Source of the DNA: an uncultured Clostridia bacterium
GTDB lineage: Bacteria; Bacillota; Clostridia; Christensenellales; UBA1242
Assembly: GCA_944384415.1 (NCBI GenBank)
Contig: CALWTF010000010.1
Coordinates: 1,990 to 65,989 of the forward strand
Direction of reading: 5' to 3'
Length of the DNA: 64,000 nucleotides
The notes under the pieces: model-generated
Seen by the model: only the letters and a program-made list of their open reading frames with translations
What the model was told of the DNA's origin: nothing
The model's database searches: none
Part shown: positions 28,269-37,223 of the stretch, one piece after another
How positions within the stretch are numbered: position 1 is the first letter of the stretch
Layout of the letters: each line of letters begins with the position of its first letter
Made by a program: the position numbers and the translations under genes

Positions 28269-29718
28269 AAATTCCTCCTTGCTTGATGTCGCCAACTAAG
28301 ATTTCGCTTTTTTCACCTTTTTGTGTAACATCTTCTTGTTGAATTTTTTCGTAGTCAGCAATCATTTTAACTATTTTAGGCATACAAAAACTACCTTGAC
28401 ATTTACCCATTGTTGGGCGTATTCTTCTTTTAATAGCATCAACTGTACGAGGGTGTAATGGAGAGTTTAAAGCATCAATTATTTCACCCTCACTAACTTT
28501 TTCACAACGACAAACAATTTTCCCATATGCAGGATTCTTTTTTATTAATTTTTTTAATTCTGATTTTGGTAGTGCAAAATGTTCTCCGTATGGCTTTCTT
28601 TGTTTTAATTTTATTGGTTGTGATTTTAAACCATCTTTTTGCAACATATTTAGTATCATTTCTGCAATGGCAGGTGCCGATGTAAGCCCTGGTGAACAAA
28701 TACCAATTGTATAGTAAAAGTTTGGAACTTTTTTGGATTTTTCAATAACAAAATCTGAACCACTTTTTACGCGTACACCAGCAAATAATTTTATAGTTTT
28801 TTTAAAATTAGGTTTTTTAACAGAAAGAATTATATTGCTTTTTATTTGTTCTAAACCATCAGGTGTTGTGCTGGTATCGTGAAAAGAGCAATCTGTTGCT
28901 GTTGGGCCAAACATTACATTACCGTGTAATGTTGGTATTGCCAAAATTCCTTTTCCTTTTTCTGTTGGAAGAGGGAAAATAGGTCTGTTTACAAAATTTG
29001 ATTGCGATTTATCTAAAAGAATATATTCACCTTTAACAAGTTTTATTGGATATTCTTGTTCATCAACAAGTGAGTTAATAAAATTTGCATATAGCCCAGC
29101 ACAATTTACAACATATTTTCCATAAACAGTTTGAGTTCTTGTGTCATCTTTTACTGTGAAAATATCTTTACCTTTTTTTATGCTTGAAACACGAAAATTT
29201 GTTATAACTTTTCCGCCATTAATAACACCTTCTTCGGCAAGAGCTATACATACCAAATAAGGGCATACAATTGAAGCAGTGCTTGCAAAAAGCCCACAAA
29301 CAATGTTATCAGCTAAATTAGGTTCAAGTTTTAAAAGAGCATCTCTTTCAAGAATTTTTAAACCTTTAACTTTATTGGTTTTTCCTCGGTCATATAATTC
29401 TTGTATTTTTTCACGATTTTCTTTTGTTGCAACAACTAATGTTCCACAATTTTTAATTTCTACATTAAGCCTTTTACACATTGATGCATACATTTCATTT
29501 CCTCGTAAATTTGTTATTGCCATTAACGAGTTTGGTTTTGGGTCGTATCCTGCATGAATTATTCCACTGTTGGCTTTTGTAGACATAGCACCAACATCAT
29601 CTTCTGCTTCAAGTAAAATTGCTGAATTGCCATTCCTTACAATAGCATTAAAAACTGCGCAACCAACTATACCACCACCTACAACTACAACATCATAAAT
29701 TTTGTTTTGTTCACTCAT
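28258..29718 (-). CDS. FAD-dependent glycerol-3-phosphate dehydrogenase/oxidase-like protein with BFD-like [2Fe-2S] domain
   Basis: DVVVVGGGIVGCA dinucleotide fold (DAO family). C-terminal CRCEKVSEGEI...CQGSFC. Confidence 0.85.
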   Translation of the reverse strand: MSEQNKIYDVVVVGGGIVGCAVFNAIVRNGNSAILLEAEDDVGAMSTKANSGIIHAGYDPKPNSLMAITNLRGNEMYASMCKRLNVEIKNCGTLVVATKENREKIQELYDRGKTNKVKGLKILERDALLKLEPNLADNIVCGLFASTASIVCPYLVCIALAEEGVINGGKVITNFRVSSIKKGKDIFTVKDDTRTQTVYGKYVVNCAGLYANFINSLVDEQEYPIKLVKGEYILLDKSQSNFVNRPIFPLPTEKGKGILAIPTLHGNVMFGPTATDCSFHDTSTTPDGLEQIKSNIILSVKKPNFKKTIKLFAGVRVKSGSDFVIEKSKKVPNFYYTIGICSPGLTSAPAIAEMILNMLQKDGLKSQPIKLKQRKPYGEHFALPKSELKKLIKKNPAYGKIVCRCEKVSEGEIIDALNSPLHPRTVDAIKRRIRPTMGKCQGSFCMPKIVKMIADYEKIQQEDVTQKGEKSEILVGDIKQGGIYDL

Positions 29719-29865
29719 ATTTTTTTCCTTTTTTTATTATGTAAATATTTTATCTTTTGCAAATATTTAAAGTCAAGAGATTAATAAAACTTGATTAATT
29801 TGTTTGCATTATTTTTTCTAATTGATATACTAATAAAAATGAAAGTATTTTTATGGGGGTGCAAG

Positions 29866-31353
29866 TTGCAAAAAAGATATATTCTTGGCATTGATGAAGG
29901 AACAACAGGTGTTCGTGTTGTTCTTTATGATACAAAACAAAAACAGATTATTGACAATCAATCTATGCGTATACAACAATATTATCCTAAACCTGGTTGG
30001 GTAGAACACGATGCTGAACAAATTTGGAAAAACACTTTGTTATTGCTTAAAAAAGTTTGTAAAGATGTTGATGAAAAATTGATATACGGAATTGGAATAA
30101 CAAATCAGCGTGAAACTGTTGTTGCATGGGATAGTGAAACAGGTAAACCAATTTATAATGCCATTGTTTGGCAATGTAGAAGAACTGCTGAATATGTTGA
30201 AAAAAATCTTAATGGCAAAAAAGCAAAAATGATAAAAAAAATTACAGGTCTTTTACCTGATGCATATTTTAGTGCTACAAAAATAAAATGGATTTTAGAA
30301 AATGTTGCAACAGCAAAAGAATTATTAAAACAAAACAGATTGCGTGTAGGTACAATGGATTGCTTTCTTGCTTATAAATTAACAAATGGTAAAGCATTTG
30401 TAACAGATGCATCAAATGCAAGTAGAACTATGCTTTATAACATTATAACAAATCAGTGGGACGATAAATTGCTTGAATTGTTTAACATTCCAAAATCTAT
30501 TTTACCTGAGGTTATAGATAACGATTCAGTAATAGGTACAACAGATATAAATGGAACAGAAATTATAGTTGCTGGTATGGCTGGTGACCAACAAAGTTCT
30601 TTATTTGGACAAGCTTGCTTTTTTAAAGGTGATATGAAAAACACCTATGGAACGGGAAGTTTTATGTTGTTAAATTTGGGTGATAAACCTAAAATGGTAA
30701 ACAATGGTTTGCTAACAACAATTGCTTGGAGAATGAATGGAAAAACAACCTATGCTTTGGAAGGTAGTGTTTTTAATAGTGGAAGTTGTGTAACTTGGCT
30801 TCGTGAAAAGTTGCATTTTTTCAAATTGTCAGCGGATAGTGAAGAATTTGCTCAACAAGTTGATGATACAGATGGTGTTTTCTTTGTACCTGCACTAACT
30901 GGTTTGGGGGCTCCTTATTGGGATAGTGATGCCCGTGGAATGATTACAGGAATAACACGAGGAACAAATGCTAATCATATTACTCGTGCGGTTTTAGAAA
31001 GCGTTGCTTTTTCTACAAAAGATGTTTATGAACTGATGGTAAAAACAGCAGGAGTCCCTGCTAAATGTATTCGTTTTGATGGTGGGGTTAGTGATAATGG
31101 TTTTGTAATGCAATTGCAAAGTGAATTGTTTAATCACAATATAGACAAATCAAAGGAAAAAGAAAGTACTGTTATGGGTGCAATCTTTTTGTGTGGGTTA
31201 GCAACAAAAGTTTGGAAAGATGTTTCTGTAATTTCTAACCAATATCAAGTTTCAAAAGTTTATAAACCAACAAACAACAAAGATAAAGTTATGCAAAAAT
31301 ATAAACAGTGGAAAAAAGTTGTTCAATTATGTTTAACAAAAGGTAAAAAATAG
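29866..31353 (+). CDS. glpK: Glycerol kinase
   Basis: YILGIDEGTTG, NQRETVVAWD, GDQQSSLFGQ and FGGGVS-type motifs. I prefer the TTG at 29866 (GGGGG SD 5 nt upstream); ATG 29839 is possible and the track start at 29791 is unlikely. Confidence 0.92.
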   Translation: MQKRYILGIDEGTTGVRVVLYDTKQKQIIDNQSMRIQQYYPKPGWVEHDAEQIWKNTLLLLKKVCKDVDEKLIYGIGITNQRETVVAWDSETGKPIYNAIVWQCRRTAEYVEKNLNGKKAKMIKKITGLLPDAYFSATKIKWILENVATAKELLKQNRLRVGTMDCFLAYKLTNGKAFVTDASNASRTMLYNIITNQWDDKLLELFNIPKSILPEVIDNDSVIGTTDINGTEIIVAGMAGDQQSSLFGQACFFKGDMKNTYGTGSFMLLNLGDKPKMVNNGLLTTIAWRMNGKTTYALEGSVFNSGSCVTWLREKLHFFKLSADSEEFAQQVDDTDGVFFVPALTGLGAPYWDSDARGMITGITRGTNANHITRAVLESVAFSTKDVYELMVKTAGVPAKCIRFDGGVSDNGFVMQLQSELFNHNIDKSKEKESTVMGAIFLCGLATKVWKDVSVISNQYQVSKVYKPTNNKDKVMQKYKQWKKVVQLCLTKGKK

Positions 31354-31365
31354 GGGGAATTTCAT

Positions 31366-32289
31366 ATGTCTAATGTTAAAATAGGTCAGTTTATTGAAAG
31401 TTTTGATAATAAAAAAATATTTTGTCGTGAGTGGGATGATGTTAAAACACCAAAAGGTGTTGTGCTTATTATTCACGGAATGGTTGAACACAGTGGCAGA
31501 TATCAAGAGTTTGCAAAATATTTAAACACCTTAGGATTTGTTGTGTTTGGTTTTGATTTAAGAGCTCATGGTCAAACATCAGAAAGTGTAGAAAAAATTT
31601 CGCAATATGATGGTGATTTATTTTGTGATTGTGTAAAAGATGCTATGTTTTTTTCAGATATGCTTATTGAAAAATACAAACTTCCTTTAATTGTTTTTGG
31701 GCACAGTTTTGGTTCTTTTGTTTTGCAAAGTTATGTTCAACATTATGATAAACAAAATGCTGTTATATTCTGTGGTTCGGCAAATATGAAAAATAATTCA
31801 TCGGTAACTTTGGGTAAATTTGTTGCTGGTGTTACTAAACTTTTTTGTGGTGGAAATGCAAAGTGTAAACTTATTTATAAATTAAGCTTTGGTGCTTATG
31901 GTAAAAACTTTGCTAATAAAAACTGGTTATCACAAAATGAACAAAATTGGATAGACTATAATAACGACACATATTGTGGTGCTGTTTGCAGTGCTAATTT
32001 TTATCGCTCATTTTTCAAAGGTTTAAAAAATCTTTACAAAAAAGAAAATCTTGAACAAATAGATTTAACAATACCAATTTTAATAACTTCAGGTTCAGAT
32101 GACCCAGTGGGTGGTAAAAACTTAAATTTAACTAAAAAACTTGTTGAAATGTATAAAGATTTAGGTGTTGAGTATGTAGATTTTAAAATTTGGGAAGGGG
32201 ATAGACACGAAATTTTAAATGAAACAAATAAACTCGAGGTTTGGAAATACATTGGTAAGTTTTGTTGTGATTTTCTATCAAAAAAATAA
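31366..32289 (+). CDS. Alpha/beta hydrolase, monoacylglycerol lipase / lysophospholipase-like
   Basis: LIIHGMVEHSGRY, nucleophile GHSFGS, GSDDPV and DRHEILNE (Hydrolase_4 pattern). 12 nt downstream of glpK. Confidence 0.75.
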   Translation: MSNVKIGQFIESFDNKKIFCREWDDVKTPKGVVLIIHGMVEHSGRYQEFAKYLNTLGFVVFGFDLRAHGQTSESVEKISQYDGDLFCDCVKDAMFFSDMLIEKYKLPLIVFGHSFGSFVLQSYVQHYDKQNAVIFCGSANMKNNSSVTLGKFVAGVTKLFCGGNAKCKLIYKLSFGAYGKNFANKNWLSQNEQNWIDYNNDTYCGAVCSANFYRSFFKGLKNLYKKENLEQIDLTIPILITSGSDDPVGGKNLNLTKKLVEMYKDLGVEYVDFKIWEGDRHEILNETNKLEVWKYIGKFCCDFLSKK

Positions 32290-32397
32290 AAATTTTTGCT
32301 ATTTTTATTAAAAAAAAGAAAAAACTATAAAAAATGATTGCTCGAAAATTTTAGTTTTGATAGAATTTAATTTATAAATAAAAAAAGAGAGGGAAAT

Positions 32398-33732
32398 ATG
32401 AGGAAAGCAGATGTTGAAAAAGGAGATGTACGGGGTGCATATATTGGTGGTGGCATTTTTGCAATTCTTATTGCTTTGCCACTGACATTTCTGTTTTTGC
32501 CTTATTTTATATATGCTATAACAGGTTTTTTTGTATGGGACCCAGGTCAACTTGGTATTAATTCTTCTATGTTGGAATATGTGCTAAACTTTTTCTGTTA
32601 CTTTTTACCTTTAATTTTATTTTTAATAAGTTTTGTATGTATTTTTATTGCAAGAAGTAAAGGTTCGGTTTTTTTAAAAATTAGTACAGTTTTTTACTTT
32701 TTATATTTTGTATTATATTACACAACAAATCCATTATCAATAATGCTTGGTAGTGATATTAATTCATTGATAAAATCTATACCATATATTAATTATATTG
32801 TGATTGGGTTAGGAACAATATTTGCGTTATTAGGAATTATTTTTGCAGGTATTCAAAAAGGAAATCCTAACAGAGCCTCTTCATTTTTGGTTTTTAGTTC
32901 AATTTTCTGGTTAGTTATGTCGGTTTTAGATGTGGTAATGCCAATGATTTTTTCAAATAATTTTAGTGTTATTGAATATTATTTACCAACAGTTTTGGCT
33001 TTATATGGATTGATGGGTGGAATTTGGATGCTTATTGGTTGTCGCAAGAAAATTGTTATATTGCCTGAGGGTGAAAGAAAAGTTAAAAAGAACGCTAAGG
33101 TTAAAAATGAACAAAACAATAATGATATGGCAAATGGTGGACAACAAATCAATTTGGGTGGGCAACAAATTCCAGTAGGTGGAATGGCTCAACAAAATTT
33201 CAATGCTGTTCCTCAACAATTTAATGGTGCAATGCCACAACAAGGTTTTAATCAACAAGTAATGCAACCTTCACAGGGAAATCCTAATGTTATGCAGAAT
33301 GGAATGGCACCAAATGGTATGCCACAACGCCCAATGCCAAATGTAGCGCCTCAAAATGGTATGCAAACAATGCCAAACGGTATGCCACAGAATGGGCAAA
33401 GAGTTATGCCAAACGGTATGCCACAACGACCAATGCCAAATGCAGTACCTCAAAACGGTATGCGACCAATGCCAAATGGTATGCCTCAGAATGGGCAAAG
33501 GGTAATGCCAAATGGTATGTCACAACGCCCAATGCCAAATATGGCACCTCAAAATGGTATGAGGCCAATGCCAAATGGTATGCATCAGAACGGGCAAAGA
33601 GCTATGCCAAATGGTATGCCTCAGAACGGGCAAAGAGCTATGCCAAATGGTATGCCTCAGAATAATGTGGCTCAAAATAATAACATAAATAATTCTAACA
33701 ACCAAAACAATAATACAAACGGTGGTGCTTAA
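32398..33732 (+). CDS. Polytopic membrane protein with a repetitive Pro/Gln/Asn/Met/Gly-rich C-terminal tail
   Basis: About seven hydrophobic helices in the first approx 215 aa. The rest is a low-complexity tail ending in 33-aa tandem repeats. GAGAGGGAAAT SD upstream. Confidence 0.6.
   Translation: MRKADVEKGDVRGAYIGGGIFAILIALPLTFLFLPYFIYAITGFFVWDPGQLGINSSMLEYVLNFFCYFLPLILFLISFVCIFIARSKGSVFLKISTVFYFLYFVLYYTTNPLSIMLGSDINSLIKSIPYINYIVIGLGTIFALLGIIFAGIQKGNPNRASSFLVFSSIFWLVMSVLDVVMPMIFSNNFSVIEYYLPTVLALYGLMGGIWMLIGCRKKIVILPEGERKVKKNAKVKNEQNNNDMANGGQQINLGGQQIPVGGMAQQNFNAVPQQFNGAMPQQGFNQQVMQPSQGNPNVMQNGMAPNGMPQRPMPNVAPQNGMQTMPNGMPQNGQRVMPNGMPQRPMPNAVPQNGMRPMPNGMPQNGQRVMPNGMSQRPMPNMAPQNGMRPMPNGMHQNGQRAMPNGMPQNGQRAMPNGMPQNNVAQNNNINNSNNQNNNTNGGA
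33313..33663 (+). repeat. Tandem repeat, 99-bp unit x3 plus 36-bp sub-unit copies, in frame within the CDS
   Basis: Units at 33313-33411, 33412-33510 and 33511-33609, each encoding NGMPQRPMPNxxPQNGMxxMPNGMPQNGQRxMP. The 36-bp sub-unit (NGMPQNGQRAMP) then repeats at 33610-33645, with a partial copy after it. Confidence 0.9.
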
Positions 33733-33734
33733 TT

Positions 33735-34196
33735 ATGGATGCAAAAACTAAGAAATGGGATAAACGATTTATGGAAGTATGTAGGCTTATTGGAACTTGG
33801 ACTAGTTGTGTAAGGCCAAATCGTGCTGTGGGTGCTGTAATAACTAAAAACAATCGTATTTTAGCTACTGGTTATAATGGGGCACCTGCTGGCGTAAAAA
33901 GTTGTGCCGAAAAAGGTTATTGTATGCGTGAAAAAATGAACATTCCAAGTGGAACAAGGCAAGAAACTTGTTTTGCTGTTCATGCCGAACAAAATGCAAT
34001 AGCACAAGCTGCTAAACTTGGTCATGAAATTGAAGGTTCTACAATTTATATAACTCATTCTCCTTGTTCTATTTGTGCTAGGTTAATAATTAACTCTGGC
34101 ATAAAGCGTGTTGTATATGACCAAAACTATCCCGATGAGTTTTCTCGTTCATTATTGGAAGAAGCTGGTGTAAAGTTAGAACACTATGAAGAATAA
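33735..34196 (+). CDS. comEB: Deoxycytidylate (dCMP) deaminase, ComEB-type
   Basis: HAEQNAI and PCSICARLI zinc motifs with intact catalytic Glu. Typical 153-aa length. Confidence 0.9.
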   Translation: MDAKTKKWDKRFMEVCRLIGTWTSCVRPNRAVGAVITKNNRILATGYNGAPAGVKSCAEKGYCMREKMNIPSGTRQETCFAVHAEQNAIAQAAKLGHEIEGSTIYITHSPCSICARLIINSGIKRVVYDQNYPDEFSRSLLEEAGVKLEHYEE

Positions 34197-34207
34197 TAAA
34201 AAGATTT

Positions 34208-34241
34208 AAAAAAGGATAATATTTCTGTATTATCCTTTTTT
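34208..34241. terminator. Hairpin terminator between convergent genes
   Basis: AAAAAAGGATAATA-TTTCTG-TATTATCCTTTTTT. Confidence 0.65.
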
Positions 34242-34322
34242 ATTTATAGTTATATTTAATAAAATTTATATACTAAATATATAAAAAATAGTAAGTAAGT
34301 GTATGTTTTATGACATATAATA

Positions 34323-35612
34323 TCATTTTTTGGTTAAAGTAATTATATTAATATCACTTTCTTTTAAAAGTGGAGAATGTTCGTTTATCATATTGTGTAA
34401 GTATTCAGCTCGTTCTCGATAACTTAGATTTGTTTGTTTTTCATTTTTGGTTTTTTCCATAAAATTTTTGTAGCCAGGATATTCAATTAAACTTTTTATT
34501 ATATTAACCCTGCTTTTTTCGCCACTTAAATTTGCTTTGTATTGTGTAAGTTTTTCTTCTATTTCTTCCCAATCTTGTGGAAATATATCGTCATTATAAA
34601 TTCCTCTTCCTCCGTACCAAGCTATAGAAACTTTGCTTAACAAATCTTCGTGTCCATTTTCAATTAAAGTGTTTAATGTTGCTACTAAAGACCATATAGG
34701 ATTTTGATATTTAAGCCAAGTTGGCGTTTCTGTTCCATATTGTTTTTCTAATTTTTTTGATATTTGCAAGGTGTGTTCATAAAAAGTGTTCTTTCTAATA
34801 TTTAATGGGAAAAGAACTACATTATCTGCTCCGTATCCACCATTTTCTTGACTTTGTAAAGCTTGTATTACACTTTCGGCACTTGTTTTAATTTGTTCTT
34901 GCTGAGTTAAAAAAGGAAGTGTTGCCATTACATTTAATTCTATATTAATATTTTGATTTTTCATATATTTAATTATTTTTTTATAAGCATTATCATCAAA
35001 TGGTTTAAAAAGCAAGTTGTTTCTTATTTCAGGATTTGCACTTTCAAAACCTAATTCAATAATAAATGTTTCAATTTGTGGGTTAAGTTTTTTAAATGTT
35101 AACAACTTTTGCATAGCATATGAACAATTATAATTTCCTTGTTCATCTAAATCACCAAGTGTTTTTATATGAGTTTCAAATATGAGAGCTTTTATTTCTG
35201 GTTGTTTAACAATTTCATTTATATTTTTAAACAACATATCTAAACAACTACTAGAAAATTCATTTTTATCAAAAATGGAGCCTACTGCATCAAATAAAAG
35301 TGTATCAATGTTTTGACCAAATGCTTTTCTTATTTGTATTTCTTTTATAAATTTTTTCATTTCAAAATCAACATCAGATGGCAAAAGTTCTTTATTACTT
35401 GCACCATATGAACAAAAACTGCATTGACCAAGTTTACAACCAGATGTTATAAAAGATAATTGTGCTAAATGATTAGCAAAATGTGATTTTGCACTATAAT
35501 CTAAATCTGATTTTTCAGATTGTTTGATTTGACGACTTAGTGCATAAAGGTCTGCTAAGATTTCATCATTTGGTAATTGAGTTTGATTTTTAACAAATTT
35601 TTCCCAGCTCAT
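34323..35612 (-). CDS. Radical-SAM-like enzyme with non-canonical CX4CX2C motif (Elp3/TIGR01210-like group), function unknown
   Basis: SFITSGCKLGQCSFCSYGAS near residue 65, then DAVGSIFD, IFETH and ELGFESAN strands consistent with a partial TIM barrel. Assignment is by pattern only. Confidence 0.6.
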   Translation of the reverse strand: MSWEKFVKNQTQLPNDEILADLYALSRQIKQSEKSDLDYSAKSHFANHLAQLSFITSGCKLGQCSFCSYGASNKELLPSDVDFEMKKFIKEIQIRKAFGQNIDTLLFDAVGSIFDKNEFSSSCLDMLFKNINEIVKQPEIKALIFETHIKTLGDLDEQGNYNCSYAMQKLLTFKKLNPQIETFIIELGFESANPEIRNNLLFKPFDDNAYKKIIKYMKNQNINIELNVMATLPFLTQQEQIKTSAESVIQALQSQENGGYGADNVVLFPLNIRKNTFYEHTLQISKKLEKQYGTETPTWLKYQNPIWSLVATLNTLIENGHEDLLSKVSIAWYGGRGIYNDDIFPQDWEEIEEKLTQYKANLSGEKSRVNIIKSLIEYPGYKNFMEKTKNEKQTNLSYRERAEYLHNMINEHSPLLKESDINIITLTKK

Positions 35613-35669
35613 AAATTTTTATCCTTTTATGTATTTATATATATATTTTATCGTAAATTTTTTATTTTT

Positions 35670-35701
35670 GAATGATAAAGTTTGTGCAAGTTTTGTTAAT
35701 T
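35670..35701 (-). promoter_or_regulatory. 32-bp promoter/operator-like element, copy A (upstream of the radical-SAM-like gene)
   Basis: Minus strand reads AATTAACAAAACTTGCACAAACTTTATCATTC (TTAACA-16 nt-TATCAT). 27/32 identical to copy B at 36295-36326. Confidence 0.5.
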
Positions 35702-36235
35702 TTTTAAATTTAATATAATTTCGTTTAAAGTTTTCTTTTTGGCAACTCTTTTGCTAGGGTCTTTATCTATACCAAAACAAACAGATGATATTAGTTTCCC
35801 TGGAGCATTACAATAAGTTGTTAATTTGTGGCTAATAACACACAAATCAAATATCCAAAGTGAACCAATACCTTTTTCGGTTGCGGTTAAAAGAGCATTT
35901 TCTATGCTTGCACCAATTGACAGTATGTTTGTAGCAATGTTATCAGTTGTATCTTCCATAAATACAAGAACTAAGTACTGACTATCTTTAATATATTTGG
36001 CTGTTGCTAAACCTGTTTCTTCACTGTTATTTTGCTTAAGTTCTTCTAAGAACCAAGTTAACACTTTTTCTTTTTCTTCTTTTTCTAAAATATAAAATTT
36101 CCAAGGTTGACGATTTTTTGCTGATGGCGCTAATCTTGCGCTGTCTAAAATGTCTAATATTTCTGAGTATTTAATTTCATCTTCAGTAAAAGCAAAAGCG
36201 CTTTTTCTTTGTTTTATTGTTTTTTTACAATTCAT
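35696..36235 (-). CDS. Nitroreductase family protein
   Basis: RLAPSAKNRQPWKF motif near the N-terminus. Length and C-terminal pattern match FMN nitroreductases. Confidence 0.8.
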   Translation of the reverse strand: MNCKKTIKQRKSAFAFTEDEIKYSEILDILDSARLAPSAKNRQPWKFYILEKEEKEKVLTWFLEELKQNNSEETGLATAKYIKDSQYLVLVFMEDTTDNIATNILSIGASIENALLTATEKGIGSLWIFDLCVISHKLTTYCNAPGKLISSVCFGIDKDPSKRVAKKKTLNEIILNLKN

Positions 36236-36294
36236 ATTTTATCATTTATCCTTTTTTATTTATAAGTTTATTATAATAAAAAAAATTTGTTAAT

Positions 36295-36326
36295 GAATGA
36301 TAAATTATGTGCAACTTTTGTCAATT
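36295..36326 (-). promoter_or_regulatory. 32-bp promoter/operator-like element, copy B (upstream of the nitroreductase gene, in the divergent region with araC)
   Basis: Minus strand reads AATTGACAAAAGTTGCACATAATTTATCATTC (TTGACA-16 nt-TATCAT). Confidence 0.5.
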
Positions 36327-36381
36327 ATTTGCAATAATAAAAGGCATATGTTATGCTTTAAAAAAATATAAGGGAATAAAT

Positions 36382-37149
36382 ATGTTTTTTGATAATTTGA
36401 ATTTGGTGATTGATTATATTGAGGAAAATTTAACAAACAATTTAGATATGGGAAAATTAGCTGGTATTTTAGGAACAAATCAAGATACTTTTAAAAGAAT
36501 TTTTAACCTTATATATGGTATTTCAGTTACAGAATATATTAAAAAAAGGCGTTTAAGTGTTTGTTGTGCTGATTTAAAAGACAATTCTGTCTTAAATGTT
36601 GCTTTAATGTATGGTTATAATTCTAGTGCGGGTTTTAGTAGAGCTTTTTATAACTTTCATAAATGTTATCCAAGCGAGTTAAAGCAAAATAAAAATTTAA
36701 AATTAAATGCATTTTTACCTGTAAAATTTTCAAAAGATTTAGGTTACGAAACTTTTAACTACAGTGTTGAAACTTGGGGTGCTCAAAAATTTTTTGGTTA
36801 TTATGTCAAAGATAAAATAAACAAATTGCCAGATTTAATTCAACAAGAATATCCTAATTTTTTTTTCAGATATAAACCGAGTGAGTATTGTGGAGTAATG
36901 TTTTATGAAAAAGAAGAAGGAAAATTTTGGTTTTGTTTAAAAGAACCAGCAAAAGATTTAAAAGAAGTTGTAATTCCTAGTGGTGAATGGCTTGTTATCA
37001 ATTATTTAGGAGATTATTCAGAAATTTCAAAATTTATAAAACAGGTTTACAGTGAATTAGGCGGTTTAATAAACTGCAAACCTACAAGAAAAATTGATTT
37101 AGAATTATATTATCCAAATGAAGTAAAACTTTGTTTTAAGTTGGATTAA
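36382..37149 (+). CDS. AraC-family transcriptional regulator with GyrI-like effector-binding domain
   Basis: Two HTH units (LDMGKLAGILGTNQDTFKRIF ... ALMYGYNSSAGFSRAFYNFHKCYPSE), then an approx 150-aa GyrI-like C-terminus. Start moved to ATG 36382 after AAGGGA. Confidence 0.85.
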   Translation: MFFDNLNLVIDYIEENLTNNLDMGKLAGILGTNQDTFKRIFNLIYGISVTEYIKKRRLSVCCADLKDNSVLNVALMYGYNSSAGFSRAFYNFHKCYPSELKQNKNLKLNAFLPVKFSKDLGYETFNYSVETWGAQKFFGYYVKDKINKLPDLIQQEYPNFFFRYKPSEYCGVMFYEKEEGKFWFCLKEPAKDLKEVVIPSGEWLVINYLGDYSEISKFIKQVYSELGGLINCKPTRKIDLELYYPNEVKLCFKLD

Positions 37150-37223
37150 ATTTTGTATAAAATTTTATATTAAAAGAAGATGAAAATTCTTCTTTTTTTA
37201 TTAAGTTTTGAATAAATTAATGT

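Noticed and set aside
29791-29865. 5' extensions of track ORFs: glpK, and likewise 36307-36381, 50162-50197, 55752-55817, 56413-56451, 8031-8084 and 25654-25674.
   Set aside because: In each case an internal start codon with a proper Shine-Dalgarno sequence matches the conserved N-terminus or signal peptide. The extension runs through promoter-like AT-rich sequence.
33001-33705. Three minus-strand ORFs rich in Trp/His (e.g. WHTVWH repeats).
   Set aside because: They are the reverse-complement reading of the 99-bp / 36-bp tandem repeat in the plus-strand membrane protein gene, so the periodicity is inherited and not independent coding.
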